Shown: positions 1 to 13,300 of the stretch, piece by piece
How the letters are laid out: every line of letters begins with the position of its first letter
Numbering within the stretch: position 1 is the stretch's first letter
Origin: Lytechinus pictus
Taxonomy: Eukaryota
Direction: 5' to 3'
Assembly (NCBI RefSeq): GCF_037042905.1
Contig: NW_026974140.1
Location: forward strand, 18,538,001 to 18,602,000
DNA: 64,000 nucleotides
Notes under the pieces: generated by a model
Seen by the model: only the letters and a program-made list of their open reading frames with translations
Databases searched by the model: none
What the model was told of the DNA's origin: nothing
Program-made: the position numbers and the translations under genes

Positions 1-545
1 GGCAAGTTTCAATGGAGGTTTTTAAAAAAGAATAAACTGTACTACAAATTATGGTGAAGCCAATTCAAAAGGAGGTGAGGCAAGTTTCAATGGAGGTTTA
101 AAAAAATAAACTGTATTATGGTGAAGCCAATTTAAAAGGAGGTGAGGCAAGTTTCAATTGAGGTTTTTAAAAAGAATAAACTGTACTACAAATTTGAAAG
201 GAGGTGAGGTAAGTTTCAATGGAGGTTTTTAAAAAGAATAAACTGTACTACAAATTATGGTGAAGCCAATTTAAAAGGAGGTGAGGCAAGTTTCAATTGA
301 GGTTGTTAAATAGAATAATTAGTGTCATAAATATTATGGTGAAGCCAACTTGAGAGGAGGTGAGGCAAGTGCACAATGATGTTTTTACAAAGATTGAATC
401 TATAGTATAGTGAAGCCAGCTGGAAAGGATCGAGGTGCGGGCAATTATAAGTGTACAATGATTTTTTTGAAAGAATGAATAGTATGAAGCCAACTTCAAA
501 GGAAGTGAGGCAAGTGTACAATGAGTTTTTTTTGTTAAAGAATAG
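1..545 (+). repeat. Minisatellite array, ~60-77 bp unit (GGAGGTGAGGCAAGTTTCAATGGAGGTTTTTAAAAAGAATAAACTGTACTACAAATTATGGTGAAGCCAATTTAAAA), degenerating rightwards
   Basis: Unit visibly repeated from base 1; homogeneous to ~300, diverged copies to ~545; runs off the left edge of the window. Confidence 0.93.
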
Positions 546-1135
546 TATAGAAATATGAATAACGGTGTTCATATGGGGAAGATGGGGTGGGACAAGTACC
601 ACGAAATAATCGTTTTTATATTAATGAATCCGAATGGTGTACAATAAGTGGAATAATGCAAAAAATGAGAGACAAGTTTAAATGATGAGGTTCAGCAAGA
701 ATCATCGGTGAGGTTTGTTTTTATCAATCATGTAAAAGTAGTTCAAATAATATATGAAAAGGCCAGTGCGAATGTGAAAGGAATGACCATAGATAGGAAA
801 AAAGAGTTGAATAGGTCAATGTAACATGAGGTGAGGCAGGTTTATAATGATGTCGAGGGATGAGATGGAGTCGCGGTGCGATTTGCTAAAACAAAGTCTT
901 AACGAGTAATGTGTTCGAGAGTGAGTCAGGGAGAAAGGGAGAGAGAGAGAATGAAGGAAAAGGACTTTGGAATAAGATTGGAAAAAAAAATAACAAGGAA
1001 AGAAGAAAAAAAAACTGTATCTAGGCCTAGAACATTACGTCAAACCCCCGTTTGGAGAAAGACCGCAGTTCAGATTGCAAACTGCGGTTCTATACCCCAT
1101 TTTGCGTTTGTAAATCCCAAAATCATTTCCAAGCC

Positions 1136-1301
1136 CAGGGGGCCGTTTCATAAAGCTGCTCGTAAGTTAAGAGCGACTTTAAGAACGACTGGTGATCCTT
1201 TCTCGCGCGCTAGATCTTCGCCAATGGTGTGTACCATTTACCGCAAGACAGGATCACCAGTCGCTTTTTATTTACGAACAGCTTTATGAAACACCCGCCT
1301 G
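1136..1301. mobile_element. MITE with GGGGCCGTTTCATAAAGCTG-type inverted ends (PIF/Harbinger-like, CWG flanks)
   Basis: caggggGCCGTTTCATAAAGCTG ... CAGCTTTATGAAACACCCgcctg; related inverted copy at 53371-53494. Superfamily assignment is inference. Confidence 0.75.
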
Positions 1302-2155
1302 ATCAATCCCGCTAGGCCAGGTAATCCCCGCTGTCTCAATTTTACCTCCACAGGCCAGATTATGAGCGTTGAGCCAAGGACGAAATGATAAACAACAGCT
1401 GTGCTATTACGTAAGACTTCTCTGCCTGTAGTAGGACCTTCGGAATGAAATTATTGTATTCGATATTTAATCACGTTTTCAAATGCATATTGTATTCAGA
1501 AATCCAATGTTAGTCCATTTTCAAGTTCGAACGAAGAAAATCGACCTCGAAATAAGGAAAGTAAGTGAATTAAAATGACGGCATGCTTTGCTCGGGCTGT
1601 TGTGTTATCTTCGGACCAGAAACAGGTGTTTTGATACTTAAATTGCTTGCTTGGGGCAGTTATGGTTTGTCGTACTTGGAGAAGAGAATTGATTGAGGGA
1701 ATCTGGGGTATAGTGTTTTCAAATGAAAGGTTTTCGTCATGAAATCAAGTGAACCCCTCCCCGCAAGAAACATAAGAAAATGGATATAAAATAAAAAAAT
1801 TAAACAAAATAAAAAGGGGGTAAAATACAGTATAAGATGACTACTTACTAACGGTTTTGTCTTGTTGTTAAGTGCGAGAATGATAAGAAACGGTAAGTCG
1901 GCCCAAGAGTAGTCTAGTACCACGGCCTCAATTAGAAACTTCAAGCAATAAACAGGTCAAGAGTTTAAGTTCAAATTCAGGTTTTATTTCAGGTTTATTT
2001 TTTATTCAGGTTTTATTTTTGTATTTATGTAATTACATTGTACAATTTTTGTATGTTTTTATGGCCAAATAAATAATAATAATAATCAAAACTACATGTC
2101 ATCAGTGAAGTAAAAATGAATCAACAAAGTGTATCTAGTCTCTCTAATTCAGATC

Positions 2156-2396
2156 AGGGCCCTGTGATTTTTGAAGTAGGGGGTGCTGATTCAAACTTGA
2201 AAAAAAATATTATCAATACAAAATGGATGTCAAACAGTCGCGAGTAATTTGAAAAGCTTTTGGTTTTAATTTACCCTTTCTATTTTAACACATCTTCTAG
2301 AATACCCGGGGGAGCTGCCAACCGAATAATACACGCAGCACCCCCAAGGAAATGTTTGGTGGTGCCCGAGCACCCACGCTCCCAGGGCCGGGCTGC
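2156..2396. mobile_element. Degenerate CAGGG-type non-autonomous element abutting the truncated end of the minisatellite
   Basis: Starts CAGGGCCC; internal inverted GGGGGTGCTG / CAGCACCCCC; ends near GGGCTG. Confidence 0.45.
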
Positions 2397-2411
2397 TCCA
2401 TATCGCTTCGG

Positions 2412-4250
2412 ACTCTTTTTAAAAACCTCCATTGAAACTTGCCCACCTCCTTTTAAATTTGTAGTACAGTTTATTCTTTTTAAAAACCTCCATTGAAACT
2501 TGCCTCACCTCCTTTTAAATTGGCTTCACCATAATTCTTAGTACAGTTTATTCTTTTTAAAAACCTCCATTAAAACTTGCCTCACCTCCTTTTAAATTGG
2601 CTTCACCATAATTTGTAGTACAGTTTATTCTTTTTAAAAACCTCCATTGAAACTTGCCTCGCCTCCTTTTAAATTTGTAGTACAGTTTATTCTTTTTTAA
2701 AAACCTCCATTGAAACTTGCCTCACTTCCTTTTAAACTGGCTTCACCATAATACAGTTTATTCTTTTTAAAAACCTCCATTAAAACTTGCATCACCTCCT
2801 TTTAAATTGGCTTCACCATAATACAGTTTATTCTTTTTAAAAACCTCCATTGAAACTTGCCTCACCTCCTTTTAAATTGGCTTCACCATATACAGCTAGT
2901 TTATTCTTTTTAAAAACCTCCATTGAAACTTGCCTCACCTCCTTTTAAATTGGCTTCACCATATACAGTTTATTCTTTTTAAAAACCTCCATTGAAACTT
3001 GCCTCACCTCCTTTTAAATTGGCTTCACCATAATTCTTAGTACAGTTTATTCTTTTTAAAAACCTCCATTAAAACTTGCCTCACCTCCTTTTAAATTGGC
3101 TTCACCATAATTTGTAGTACAGTTTATTCTTTTTTAAAACCTCCATTGAAACTTGCCTCGCCTCCTTTTAAATTTGTAGTACAGTTTATTCTTTTTTAAA
3201 AACCTCCATTGAAACTTGCCTCACTTCCTTTTAAACTGGCTTCACCATAATACAGTTTATTCTTTTTAAAAACCTCCATTAAAACTTGCATCACCTCCTT
3301 TTAAATTGGCTTCACCATAATACAGTTTATTCTTTTTAAAAACCTCCATTGAAACTTGCCTCACCTCCTTTTAAATTGGCTTCACCATATACAGTTTATT
3401 CTTTTTAAAAACCTCCATTGAAACTTGCCTCACCTCCTTTTAAATTGGCTTCACCATAATACAGTTTATTCTTTTAAAAAACCTCCATTGAAACTTGCCT
3501 CACCTCCTTTTAAATTGGCTTCGCCATAATTCTTAGTACAGTTTATTCTTTTTAAAAACCTCCATTAAAACTTGCCTCACCTCCTTTTAAATTGGCTTCA
3601 CCATAATGTAGTAATAGTTTATTCTTTTTAAAAACCTCTATTGAAACTTGCGTCGCCTCCTTTTAAATTTGTAGTACAGTTTATTCTTTTTTTAAAACCT
3701 CCATTGAAACTTGCCTCACCTCCTTTTAAACTGGCTTCACCATAATACAGTTTATTCTTTTTAAAAACCTCCATTAAAACTTGCATCACCTCCTTTTAAA
3801 TTGGCTTCACCATAATACAGTTTATTCTTTTTAAAAACCTCCATTGAAACTTGCCTCACCTCCTTTTAAATTGGCTTCACCATATACAGTTTATTCTTTT
3901 TAAAAACCTCCATTGAAACTTGCCTCACCTCCTTTTAAATTGGCTTCACCATATACAGTTTATTCTTTTTAAAAACCTCCATTGAAACTTGCCTCACATC
4001 CTTTTAAATTGGCTTCACCATAATACAGTTTATTCTTTTTAAAAACCTCCATTAAAACTTGCCTCACCTCCTTTTAAATTGGCTTCACCATAATATTCAG
4101 GTAAGGTATATTCATTCTTTTTTAAAAAAACATCATTGTTCACTTCCCTCACCTAGATCATTTGACTATATATAATACCTTTTATTCTACACTATTCTTC
4201 CCTTTAAAAAAACCTGATTGTACTCCTGCCTCCCCTGATCTGACATTTGC
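2412..4250 (-). repeat. Same minisatellite in the opposite orientation, organised as a ~497-bp higher-order repeat of ~7 monomers
   Basis: Reverse complement of the 1-545 unit. Diagnostic variants recur at fixed spacing: TCTTAGTACAG at 2536/3035/3531 and GCATCACC at 2789/3288/3783. Degenerate flank 4095-4250. Confidence 0.95.
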
Positions 4251-4262
4251 CTCTCAACGTAC

Positions 4263-4430
4263 TGGAAATAGATACCCTTTTTTCAATATTTTTGTGTTTT
4301 TGACACCCTTATCACGTTACGTACGTAACGCGTGCCCTCTCTTGAAAAAGACATCCTTTTTACGTGTTTTTTTGGTCGCGCATGGTATCCACTCGTCAAG
4401 TATATAAGTGGCCCCCCCCGGCCCCCCGGG
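4263..4430 (-). mobile_element. Truncated copy of the CCCGGGGGG-terminated element at 17449-18004
   Basis: Near-identical reverse complement of ~17449-17600 (GGTCGCGCATGGTATCCACTCGTCAA...GTGGCCCCCCCCGG). Confidence 0.85.
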
Positions 4431-7153
4431 CGTACTGTACATAGTGTTATTTTATTATCTCTTTATATCGGAAACTTCGTTTTACCGAATTGTCATGCAC
4501 TCTCTCCGACGTGTTTGAAGTCTTAGACAGCATGGCATACTACCAGCCGATGGTACACACACTCACACCCACACACGTTATTTGACAACTTGTCTCTGAC
4601 TCTGGAGCCAAAGTTCCTCGCATATAACTATCTGCATGCCTGCACGCAGTGTGTATTGAACACGCACGACCACGATCTAATGAATATTCATCGGCGAGAC
4701 TGACGTCATTTTACGAGTCTCCTTTCAAACTTGGATCATAAGTGCCTACCATATTTTTGTGTACGCCCTCTATTGGTGGAAAATAATATGGCAAGAAAAT
4801 TTTCATTTTTTACTCTCTATTTTTAATTAAGAAAAAAATAATTTAAAAATTAAATTTACTTAAGGGCCAAGTTGTATGACGAATAGGTGTAATGGAAACT
4901 GTCAGTGTAAAAAAATCAAGCATTTGTCCCAAAGAAAAAGAGAAAATAAGCCAAACATTGCCATCCTTATTTTGCCACACATGGAGATATAACTGAGAAC
5001 AAGGTTATATCATAACCTTGTTCATTGAATAAGTGAAATGGTCAAAAAACATTTTCAAAGTCTTTATAATCTCAAAATAATAAAATATTGTAAACATAGC
5101 TCATCAGTGATTTTGTTGTTTTCTCGACTTTTCCCATTGAAAACACACGTTCGTTAAAATAATACAATACCATTTTCAAGTGATCCCCCCCCCAAAAATA
5201 CATGCGATTGATGCGAAGAGGGGTCCGATTGAAAGCTGATATGGTAAAATAGAAAAACAATTTTGGCAAAACTTTAACATTTACATTTTGTAGGTATTTG
5301 TGTGTTTTTGGTGAATTTTATGAGAATATTGTGTTAGATATGATTTAATTAGGAGCGGACTCGGCCTCATGCTACATGCACCCATCTCTGTACGTGTAGA
5401 ATCCCTTTCCTTCACACACACCACCACTCTCCAGGCACCATCATTCACGCAGTCATGCATTGAACGAACCGAGCCAGGCCCGAACGGAATAACAATTTTC
5501 CCATCAGCTACTGAACGTTAAATCGCTGGTCTACGTTCAGCAAAATATGAACAAGTTGTAAACATACTACTTAAATTCCACATGTGCAATTACCACGGAA
5601 ATCAATGTCATTCAATATCATGTATTTTGTAAAGAACATTACCCCTTTCGGTGAAAGTTCGCTTTCGCTCCAGCTGGCAGGATCTGAATTAGTCAACATA
5701 ACCTATGACCCGATATCGATCTCAGATGATTGACAATAACAGCAAATAAAAGCAAGCAGTTTTTTTTCTCAGTCTCGCATTTGAAGCTCACGTACCCTTT
5801 TTCCCTAATCATTATCTCACAATTCTCCCCTATCTCAGGGGCAGATAATTCTTCACATATTCACCCCTCCTTTTCTCTCTCTTCCAATTATCCACTATAA
5901 ACCCTTGATCTATTTCTTTTATATTTTCACCCCAGTCACCCCCCTCTCCAATTCTCGGCATCCATCCTTTAAAGTTTAAGTGATTTTATGTTTTTCCAAT
6001 AAACTTTGATCTCTCCTCAAATGCATCACTTCATCTTCCTCAAACAACACACAACAAAAGAAGGAAAATAATACGTTTTGCTGCCAAATATATAAATATA
6101 TTTAATATCTTCATAGTTCTTATAGACAAACTAAGAAACATTTTTTTTTTCATCTTATAGAAATTATGGGGACATTAACTCCTTACATCCAGTAAACACA
6201 ATTATTGCCATGTCCTTTAATCATATTAAAAAAATAATAATACACACAAGAAGCAGAAGAAGCCTACTAGCAAGTAAAGTTCACCAACCTGAACCTGTAA
6301 TAGTAATTTTGTGCAATGCGTCCCTAGAGAAGTCACAAACTTTCAGTTGGTAGTATATTGATTCCTAGAATTGTTAACTCATTTTTGAAATCCATTATGT
6401 TATATATGGGAGTTGTGGGTATCTTGCAGCCTACTTATACATGACTGCAAACATACCACAATGTTGTATTTTAATGATTACTTTCCTGATCAAAATCTGA
6501 CAGAGCTGCCAAGAAATACCCTAGCTATATGTAGAAACAACCAGATAAGATTTTTAAAAAATTCCAAAATTTTATTGATTTTCAAGATTTTTTGTAACAT
6601 TACAAAAACAACAATCATACAGGAATTATTACTTTATGAATTTTGAGCAATAGATCTCAGTTACATTGTTCATAATATACAAGCACTTTTGTTAAGTGGT
6701 GTATCGGGGGGGGGGGGGCAAGGTGGGATGCATTCAGAATACCATTTTCATGGGGTGCAAATTAAAGGGAAAAGGTGAAAAAAAAGTGATGACCACTTAA
6801 AGGAGCCACTAGCATCATAAGTGAACTCAATTAGGGCTTGTCCCTGGTGCCTTTTTTTCTAAGTACAGCACTGTTTTATTCATGCATGTATTTAGCACTA
6901 AAAATATTTTAACATCTTCAAATTACTTGTTTCATCATCTCCTAATCAACTAGCATCAGTCAGCTATACAAGAAGAATTAATGAGTTGGATAAATATTGA
7001 CATTTGAAGATGCTAATTGGTTTTGAGATGTGTTTATTCATTAAACAATATTGTTATACAGAAATACAAATCAAATCTTTTTTATTCCCCCAAATCAAGA
7101 CAAGAGTATGCAATGCTTATATACATTTTATTTAGCGCTATATAGATGATGCA

Positions 7154-8040
7154 TATTATATGACACCTACATAGATCTATGTCATTTGATTGGTTGTTTA
7201 ATATCGATCATTCGGCCCATTTTACAATGACCTCATCAACCGTGCAATTTTGGATCCATATGATTTTGTCAATTGCACGCGCGCACCGAGACTACTGACA
7301 GGCCACACAAGTAAAACCACTCTTGTTTGCAGCACCTATATGTTGTATGTATACGCGACAATAAACAGACCGAGCATGCACTGCATGATTATTTTTTGCA
7401 TCGAAATTGATAAATTTAATATGAAAAAGAATCTACTTTTAGGTGTCATATAAACCAAATAATGAATGTTCTTTTCATTCGGTGAATGATAAAATGAATG
7501 ATCCATTCAACTCGGCTATGCCTCGTTGGATGGATCATTTCATCTTTCACCTCATGAAGTATTCTGTCCAATGCACTCATGAACATTGTATATTATATGA
7601 CACCTAGCTAGATCCTTGTCATTTGATTGGTTGTTTGATATCGATCATTCAGCCCATTTTACAATGTCGTCATCAACCGTGCAATTTTGGATCCATTCAT
7701 CGTGCAATTTTGGTTCCATACGATTTTGTCCATTGCATGCGCTGACCCAGACTGCTGCAGGCGCCACACCACCCGTAAATCCACTCGTGTTTGCAGCGGG
7801 CATGTTGTATGTACCATAGGTAAGTTTGCGACAATCAACAGACCGAGCTCGCACTGCATGAACATATTTTGCATCGAAATTCATCAATTTAATATGAAAA
7901 CAAATCTATTTTTAGGTGTCATATAAACCAAATAATGAATGTTCTTATCATACTCCATTCGGTGAAAGATGAAATGAATTATCAATTTCATCTTTTACCT
8001 CATGAAGTATTCTGTCCATTGCACTCATGAACATTAACTA
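7154..8040. mobile_element. Two head-to-tail copies (~440 bp each) of a non-autonomous element with subterminal inverted repeats and a 3' hairpin (Helentron/DINE-like)
   Basis: Copy 1: TATATGACACCTA 7157-7169 / TAGGTGTCATATA 7440-7452, hairpin 7481-7551. Copy 2: 7594-7606 / 7913-7925, hairpin centre deleted. Class is inferred from architecture. Confidence 0.7.
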
Positions 8041-9711
8041 TTTGTATACTATTATCATCATAACTCACAAATAGATTATCAGCTAGTGCAATAATTCATT
8101 AAATACATGTATTGAATCTATAAGTTACTCAACAGAAAAAAAGAAAAATATATATTTATATATATATAAACATATTACACACACACATATATATATATAT
8201 ACATATATAATTACCCTCAGAATAAGTTTGCTTCCCGAAAGAGCTTCAGCCAGCAGTTTGTGCTTAAAATGTTGTAATAAACTGAGTTAAATTAAGCATT
8301 ACTTATATGCATACCATATTGCACCACATTTTACTTTTATGTTGAAATGAGCATAATTATCATCTACTTTGCAATATATACCAATGTATGAAGCAAATGT
8401 AAAGCATTTCCAATTGAAATTAAAACCCTAATGACAAGATATGCTGGAAAACTATAAATTTCTAACTCCAAAGAAATGTAAATAAAAACGACATATAATG
8501 ACTTGACTTCAATATAAACAAATGATCTCATCTGCAACATTCATAGATTAAAGGAAAATATCACATAAATATAAGTAATTTTAGTTTCATTCATTTCGAC
8601 ACTGTAAAGAAGTAAATCTTGTAACACAAGCATTTTAAATCTGATTATATAGCAACCATTTTAAAATTGTATTTCTAACTGAACAAGCACAATTTCAAAA
8701 AAAAGTGAAAACGTGCCTTTACATTTGATACAGAGCAATTTATAACTATTTTTCAATTTTTGTTTTCTTTGGTATGAAAGAAACAAAACCTGAAAATAAT
8801 TGGATTCAGTGAGAGCTAGTGTTCTAAAATGAGGTATCATACATCCTGAAGCAAACATGAAAAGGCACAAAAACATGAATGGATTCGCTCATATAAGAAA
8901 ACTCACACAAGAAAGTCTCATCTCATCTAGTAATTGCTGCCGGGACTCCCAAGTGAATCCATTCTCTATCACCACATCATCACATGTCATCTGGCTTATA
9001 GTCCTCTCAAGGACTTCACTAATTTCACAAAAGAATACCTTCCTCTCGCATCTATCTCTTTCTCACCTTTTAATTCCTACTCTATCTCATTCATTTTCAA
9101 CATCGTCTTCTTCTCTTCATTCCACCATACATATCACTTTGGACTAACCACAAGGTGAACTGTAAGCATCTTCTACTTCAATAAGAAGTCTTTCAGAACG
9201 AAGCAAATGTAACCTGTAGAATCCCAAGACTGGAATTTTCATACAATGATATATAGCTGGCAAAGAATGTAATTACATGTTACTTGTATTTACTAAGAAT
9301 ATCATTTATGAGTTGATAGCAAAATGAATTCATTTCTGAGAGTTGAAGACTATTTTTCCAAAGGGAGATACTGATATAATATCTGGTGAAAAATTACACT
9401 ATAATCATACCCATAGCAATCACTTCAAAGTATCATTATATTCAAATTACCTTCATATGGGCAAGGGAGATACATAATCGCTATCTTTTACAGACATCAT
9501 TGTACCAGCCAATATTCTCAATATTAAAGTCTTCAGTTTTTATGGAGAATGAATTAAATTTTCAGACAGTAGACTTCTGGGATGCACTGAAAATACAAGA
9601 GAAAGACCTAAATCTCTGTGCACAGATGAATTAGTCATGTATAGAGCATATAGACATTTCTTGGATTATTTCAGGGATTATTGCCACAGTGAAACAATGA
9701 CTTTACCATGT

Positions 9712-9864
9712 CAGGGCCCAGTTGCATAAAAGTTACTATTGTGGAACTTTGCCATCCAATGGTAACTACCATGGTAACGCTGATCAACAGCCAATCAAAT
9801 CAAGGATTCCACACAAGTTACCATTGCAAGGCAAAGCTACCAAACTTTTATGCAATGGGCCCTG
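9712..9864. mobile_element. Harbinger-like MITE
   Basis: cagGGCCCAGTTGCATAAAAG ... CTTTTATGCAATGGGCCctg inverted ends; related elements at 19745-19896 and degraded near 23343-23460. Confidence 0.75.
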
Positions 9865-10363
9865 GTAATACATGGAATATACAGGGCATTACAAAGGTCT
9901 GTTGGTCATCAAACTAGATTCCATTCTTGATGATTGACAGCACCTGTTACTGGGTAAACATCTGAATCATGTCACGCTGCCCCTGAAAGCTGACAAGTCT
10001 CTGGCCCATATTCTGAAGTCCACTTTAATTTCGACCCTGGTCTAACACTGTGGTAAAATTATGGGAAGCCAAAAGTGTAAAAATGTGTGAACATTGTATG
10101 TTTCTTGTGTTTACCGTGCTCTTTCACCATGCTGTAGTGGTGAAGAAAACTAATTCAATAATTATTTGCAGTTATGAATGATCTGAGTAACAGATGAGCT
10201 GATAAATCAAACATGCACTGTTAGTGATTTGTGTCACAAATGGCTATCCATAGTGAAACAGAGTTTAGAATACAGGCCACTGATTTTAAAGCAAATGTTC
10301 GTACAATATTCCTCCACATATCTTATTGCACACATTTACAGCTTGAGAGTTTGGTTTTCACAA

Positions 10364-13300
10364 TCAAGTCTTCTTGGGCTTTTTGCTCTCATCTTTCGAC
10401 TCTCCCATCTCTCTGACGACGACCTTCCCAGTGTCCTTAGCAGTCCTCTTGGCAATTGCTTTGACTCCAAGGTTGTTGAAGTTATGAGCTGATATACCAA
10501 TGTTACCTACAGTGGCCAAGGAGTTGTTTGTCAATCGACCAGCGTCCTCACCATATCTAAGGAGATAAGTTTGAAGATAATAAAGAAAATGTTTACATAT
10601 TGCTTAACGATTGCTTAATTAGAATTCTCTATGCACTAAAAAAAGGTTCCAGCTTTATGAACTTGACCTTTAGCAGAGCAGATGTAACCCACTCTGCATT
10701 TCAATGTACAGCTAAATTCAGTTCGGTAACATAAGGACTGTCAGTATATCTATGTAAAATTGATTAAATCAAGTATCATGTTATGTTTGTATTGATTGAA
10801 TATGGAAAAGAAATCATGAATTTACAATTTAAGAATTCTGCAAAAAGAAGAGGAAATCTGTAAAGCGTAATGAACTACAGCATTAATGCACATAAACGAT
10901 TCAGGTCATGGCAAAGATAGGGTTTTGGGTAATCTAAACAAATAAGCAACTGTATGAAATCTAAGTGGAAATTAATTAGGGTGCAAGTTTTTAGAGATAT
11001 TGAATGAATATATGCCTTAGAAAGGAGTCAGGACAAACTGTTCAACAGATCAGGGACAATAAAATATTGTGGTAATCTTTAAAGTATATGTTCCAAATTG
11101 AAGTAAATGAAAACTGTCTGACAGAGAATTGTGATTGAACCTATTAACTTCAACTTTGGAAAGACATCAATGACATAATTCTCCATACAGAATATTCTCA
11201 TAATATCCTCTTGGATACAACACTTTGATTTATCATGCAATTGATGCACATGAGCATACATCATATAAAAAGAAAACATTTTGAATCAAAATATGATTTC
11301 TCAACGATTGCATCTTCTTTCCATATTGCTGACTGATTGGATCAATCATTTTAAAGTTTTTGGAACACATATTTTGAGCAGATGACTAACTTACTTGTGC
11401 TCTACAGTTTGTACAGTTGCATGTGATATACTCTTAGCCATCTGAATAGCTGCAGTCTCCAGTCCACGATAAACTTTACCAAATCCTGTCAAGAAAAACA
11501 AAGAATTCAACATTTTTTTCATTACAGAGAATTTAGAGATGTGAATAAATATTAAATGCAATAGTTTAAACTTCAGACTGAATTCATAGAGTGTTTCATT
11601 ACTAGTATTAGTAAACCAAAGTATTCAAAAGATTGCACAACTAGGCCCTATAATACAATTGAGGCATAGAATATGACGTCCCCTTATGGTTGTCTTGCCC
11701 CCCTCCCTTCAAAATATCCTGGCACCATCCCACCACCCCTGAAACTAATATCCCCTCACCTGAAAGACCACTAGCAGTGACAGTCAGAACACCGTCTAAG
11801 ACAGCTTTAGCCTTTCCATCTGGTTCATCTTCACCATTGGCCAGCATCTTATTAGCTTGCTTACTAATGATTGGTCCAACCTCTTCGGCCACACGCTTGG
11901 TCAAGAAACATATGCTGTCCAAGACCACCACACTCACCTATCATATGAGTAGACAAAATTCATTCCAAATGGTCATTCGCTGGATTAATGAAACATTTCT
12001 TTTATCTTACACTATTGCAACTTTTGATGGACATTTGATGTCAGCAGTTGAACAGTTTAAATTTTCAATGTAAATAATAATACAAAAACAAAACACATTT
12101 ACAAATAACACTTTTTTTTACACTACGAATTAATGAAATAACATGCAACAGAGAAAAAAGTAGATTTTATGTTAGGCAATAATAAGATAAACTCCTACAA
12201 TTCAAATGATTACTTAGGTTGAAGTGATATTTCTTTCCACATTATCATAAACACAAGTCATCTAAAGACAAAAATAACGAAAAACCTCATTTGCTCTGGC
12301 AACAATTGCTCCGCTGTAAATTCCACACTAATGGAATGACCAATTTCAAATCTGGATTTGACACTATTCCCTATCTTAAACTTAACACTAAACCTAATAT
12401 AAAACCCTGGTGCAATCCTAACCCTAAGCTATAACTTAGATGAAATAAAGCCAGAGCATTTGTCGCCGGAGCAAATGTTGTGTCACCTTTACTCTACCTA
12501 CCTTGACAGCTACTCCTGTAGCTTTCTTGGCATACACCATTCCTGTTTGATATTTCTCATCAATCTCTTTAGGCTGTTCATCAGGTTGGATATGTTCTTT
12601 TAGTTTCCTTGCTCCAGAACCAACTAATCTGCTTCCTATCTCAGCTCCTTTCACTACTCCCCATGATATCCATTCAGCACCTAATGTCCAAAAGGTGGAA
12701 ACAACAAAATTTGATTTTCGGAACACTCTAATAATTGATCTGTTACTGGGCTAATGTGAAAAGATAAACTTGAAACATTGTGTCAACAAACTTTCATTTC
12801 CTAAGGATGTCTCTTGCAAAGGGGGCTGTAGTTGAATGTACATTTGTACTCTGTAATCTTGTTTATTTTGAAATGTATACTTTCAGAAAAGCTAAATTAT
12901 ATTCCCTTATACCAAATTCAAGAAGTTAATTTCATATCAAACCAAGAAACTTCAAAATATGATACATACAGGACCTGAATAGAAGCTCTCTTACCAACTT
13001 CTATGCCTTTTGCGATCTTCTGACTAACATCTCTATACTTCTGTCCTTCTTCTTCGGTATCCATAACCTCCTCATCAGCCGCTCTGTCCTCTATCCTCTC
13101 TGATGGTACCCTGTGATTTTCACTCGGTACACATGATGATGCGGCCTCCTGTACTGAAGGTAATTGCTCTTCTTTCATGGCGGTAAGTTCTTGAATTAAC
13201 TGTTGGAATTTCAACTTTTCAGATCTGTCAAAGTGAAAAAAAGTTGTTGGTTTAGGAGATTAATGCTAAGAGAGGATAAAAAGTGAAAACGGGCATCTTG

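Noticed and set aside
1-4250. CRISPR-like array or repeat-encoded protein
   Set aside because: Units are contiguous with no unique spacers, no cas genes, eukaryotic context, and no long ORF through the array.
4500-5500. Possible Sola-like element with GAGTC...GACTC ends
   Set aside because: Termini poorly matched and no target duplication found.
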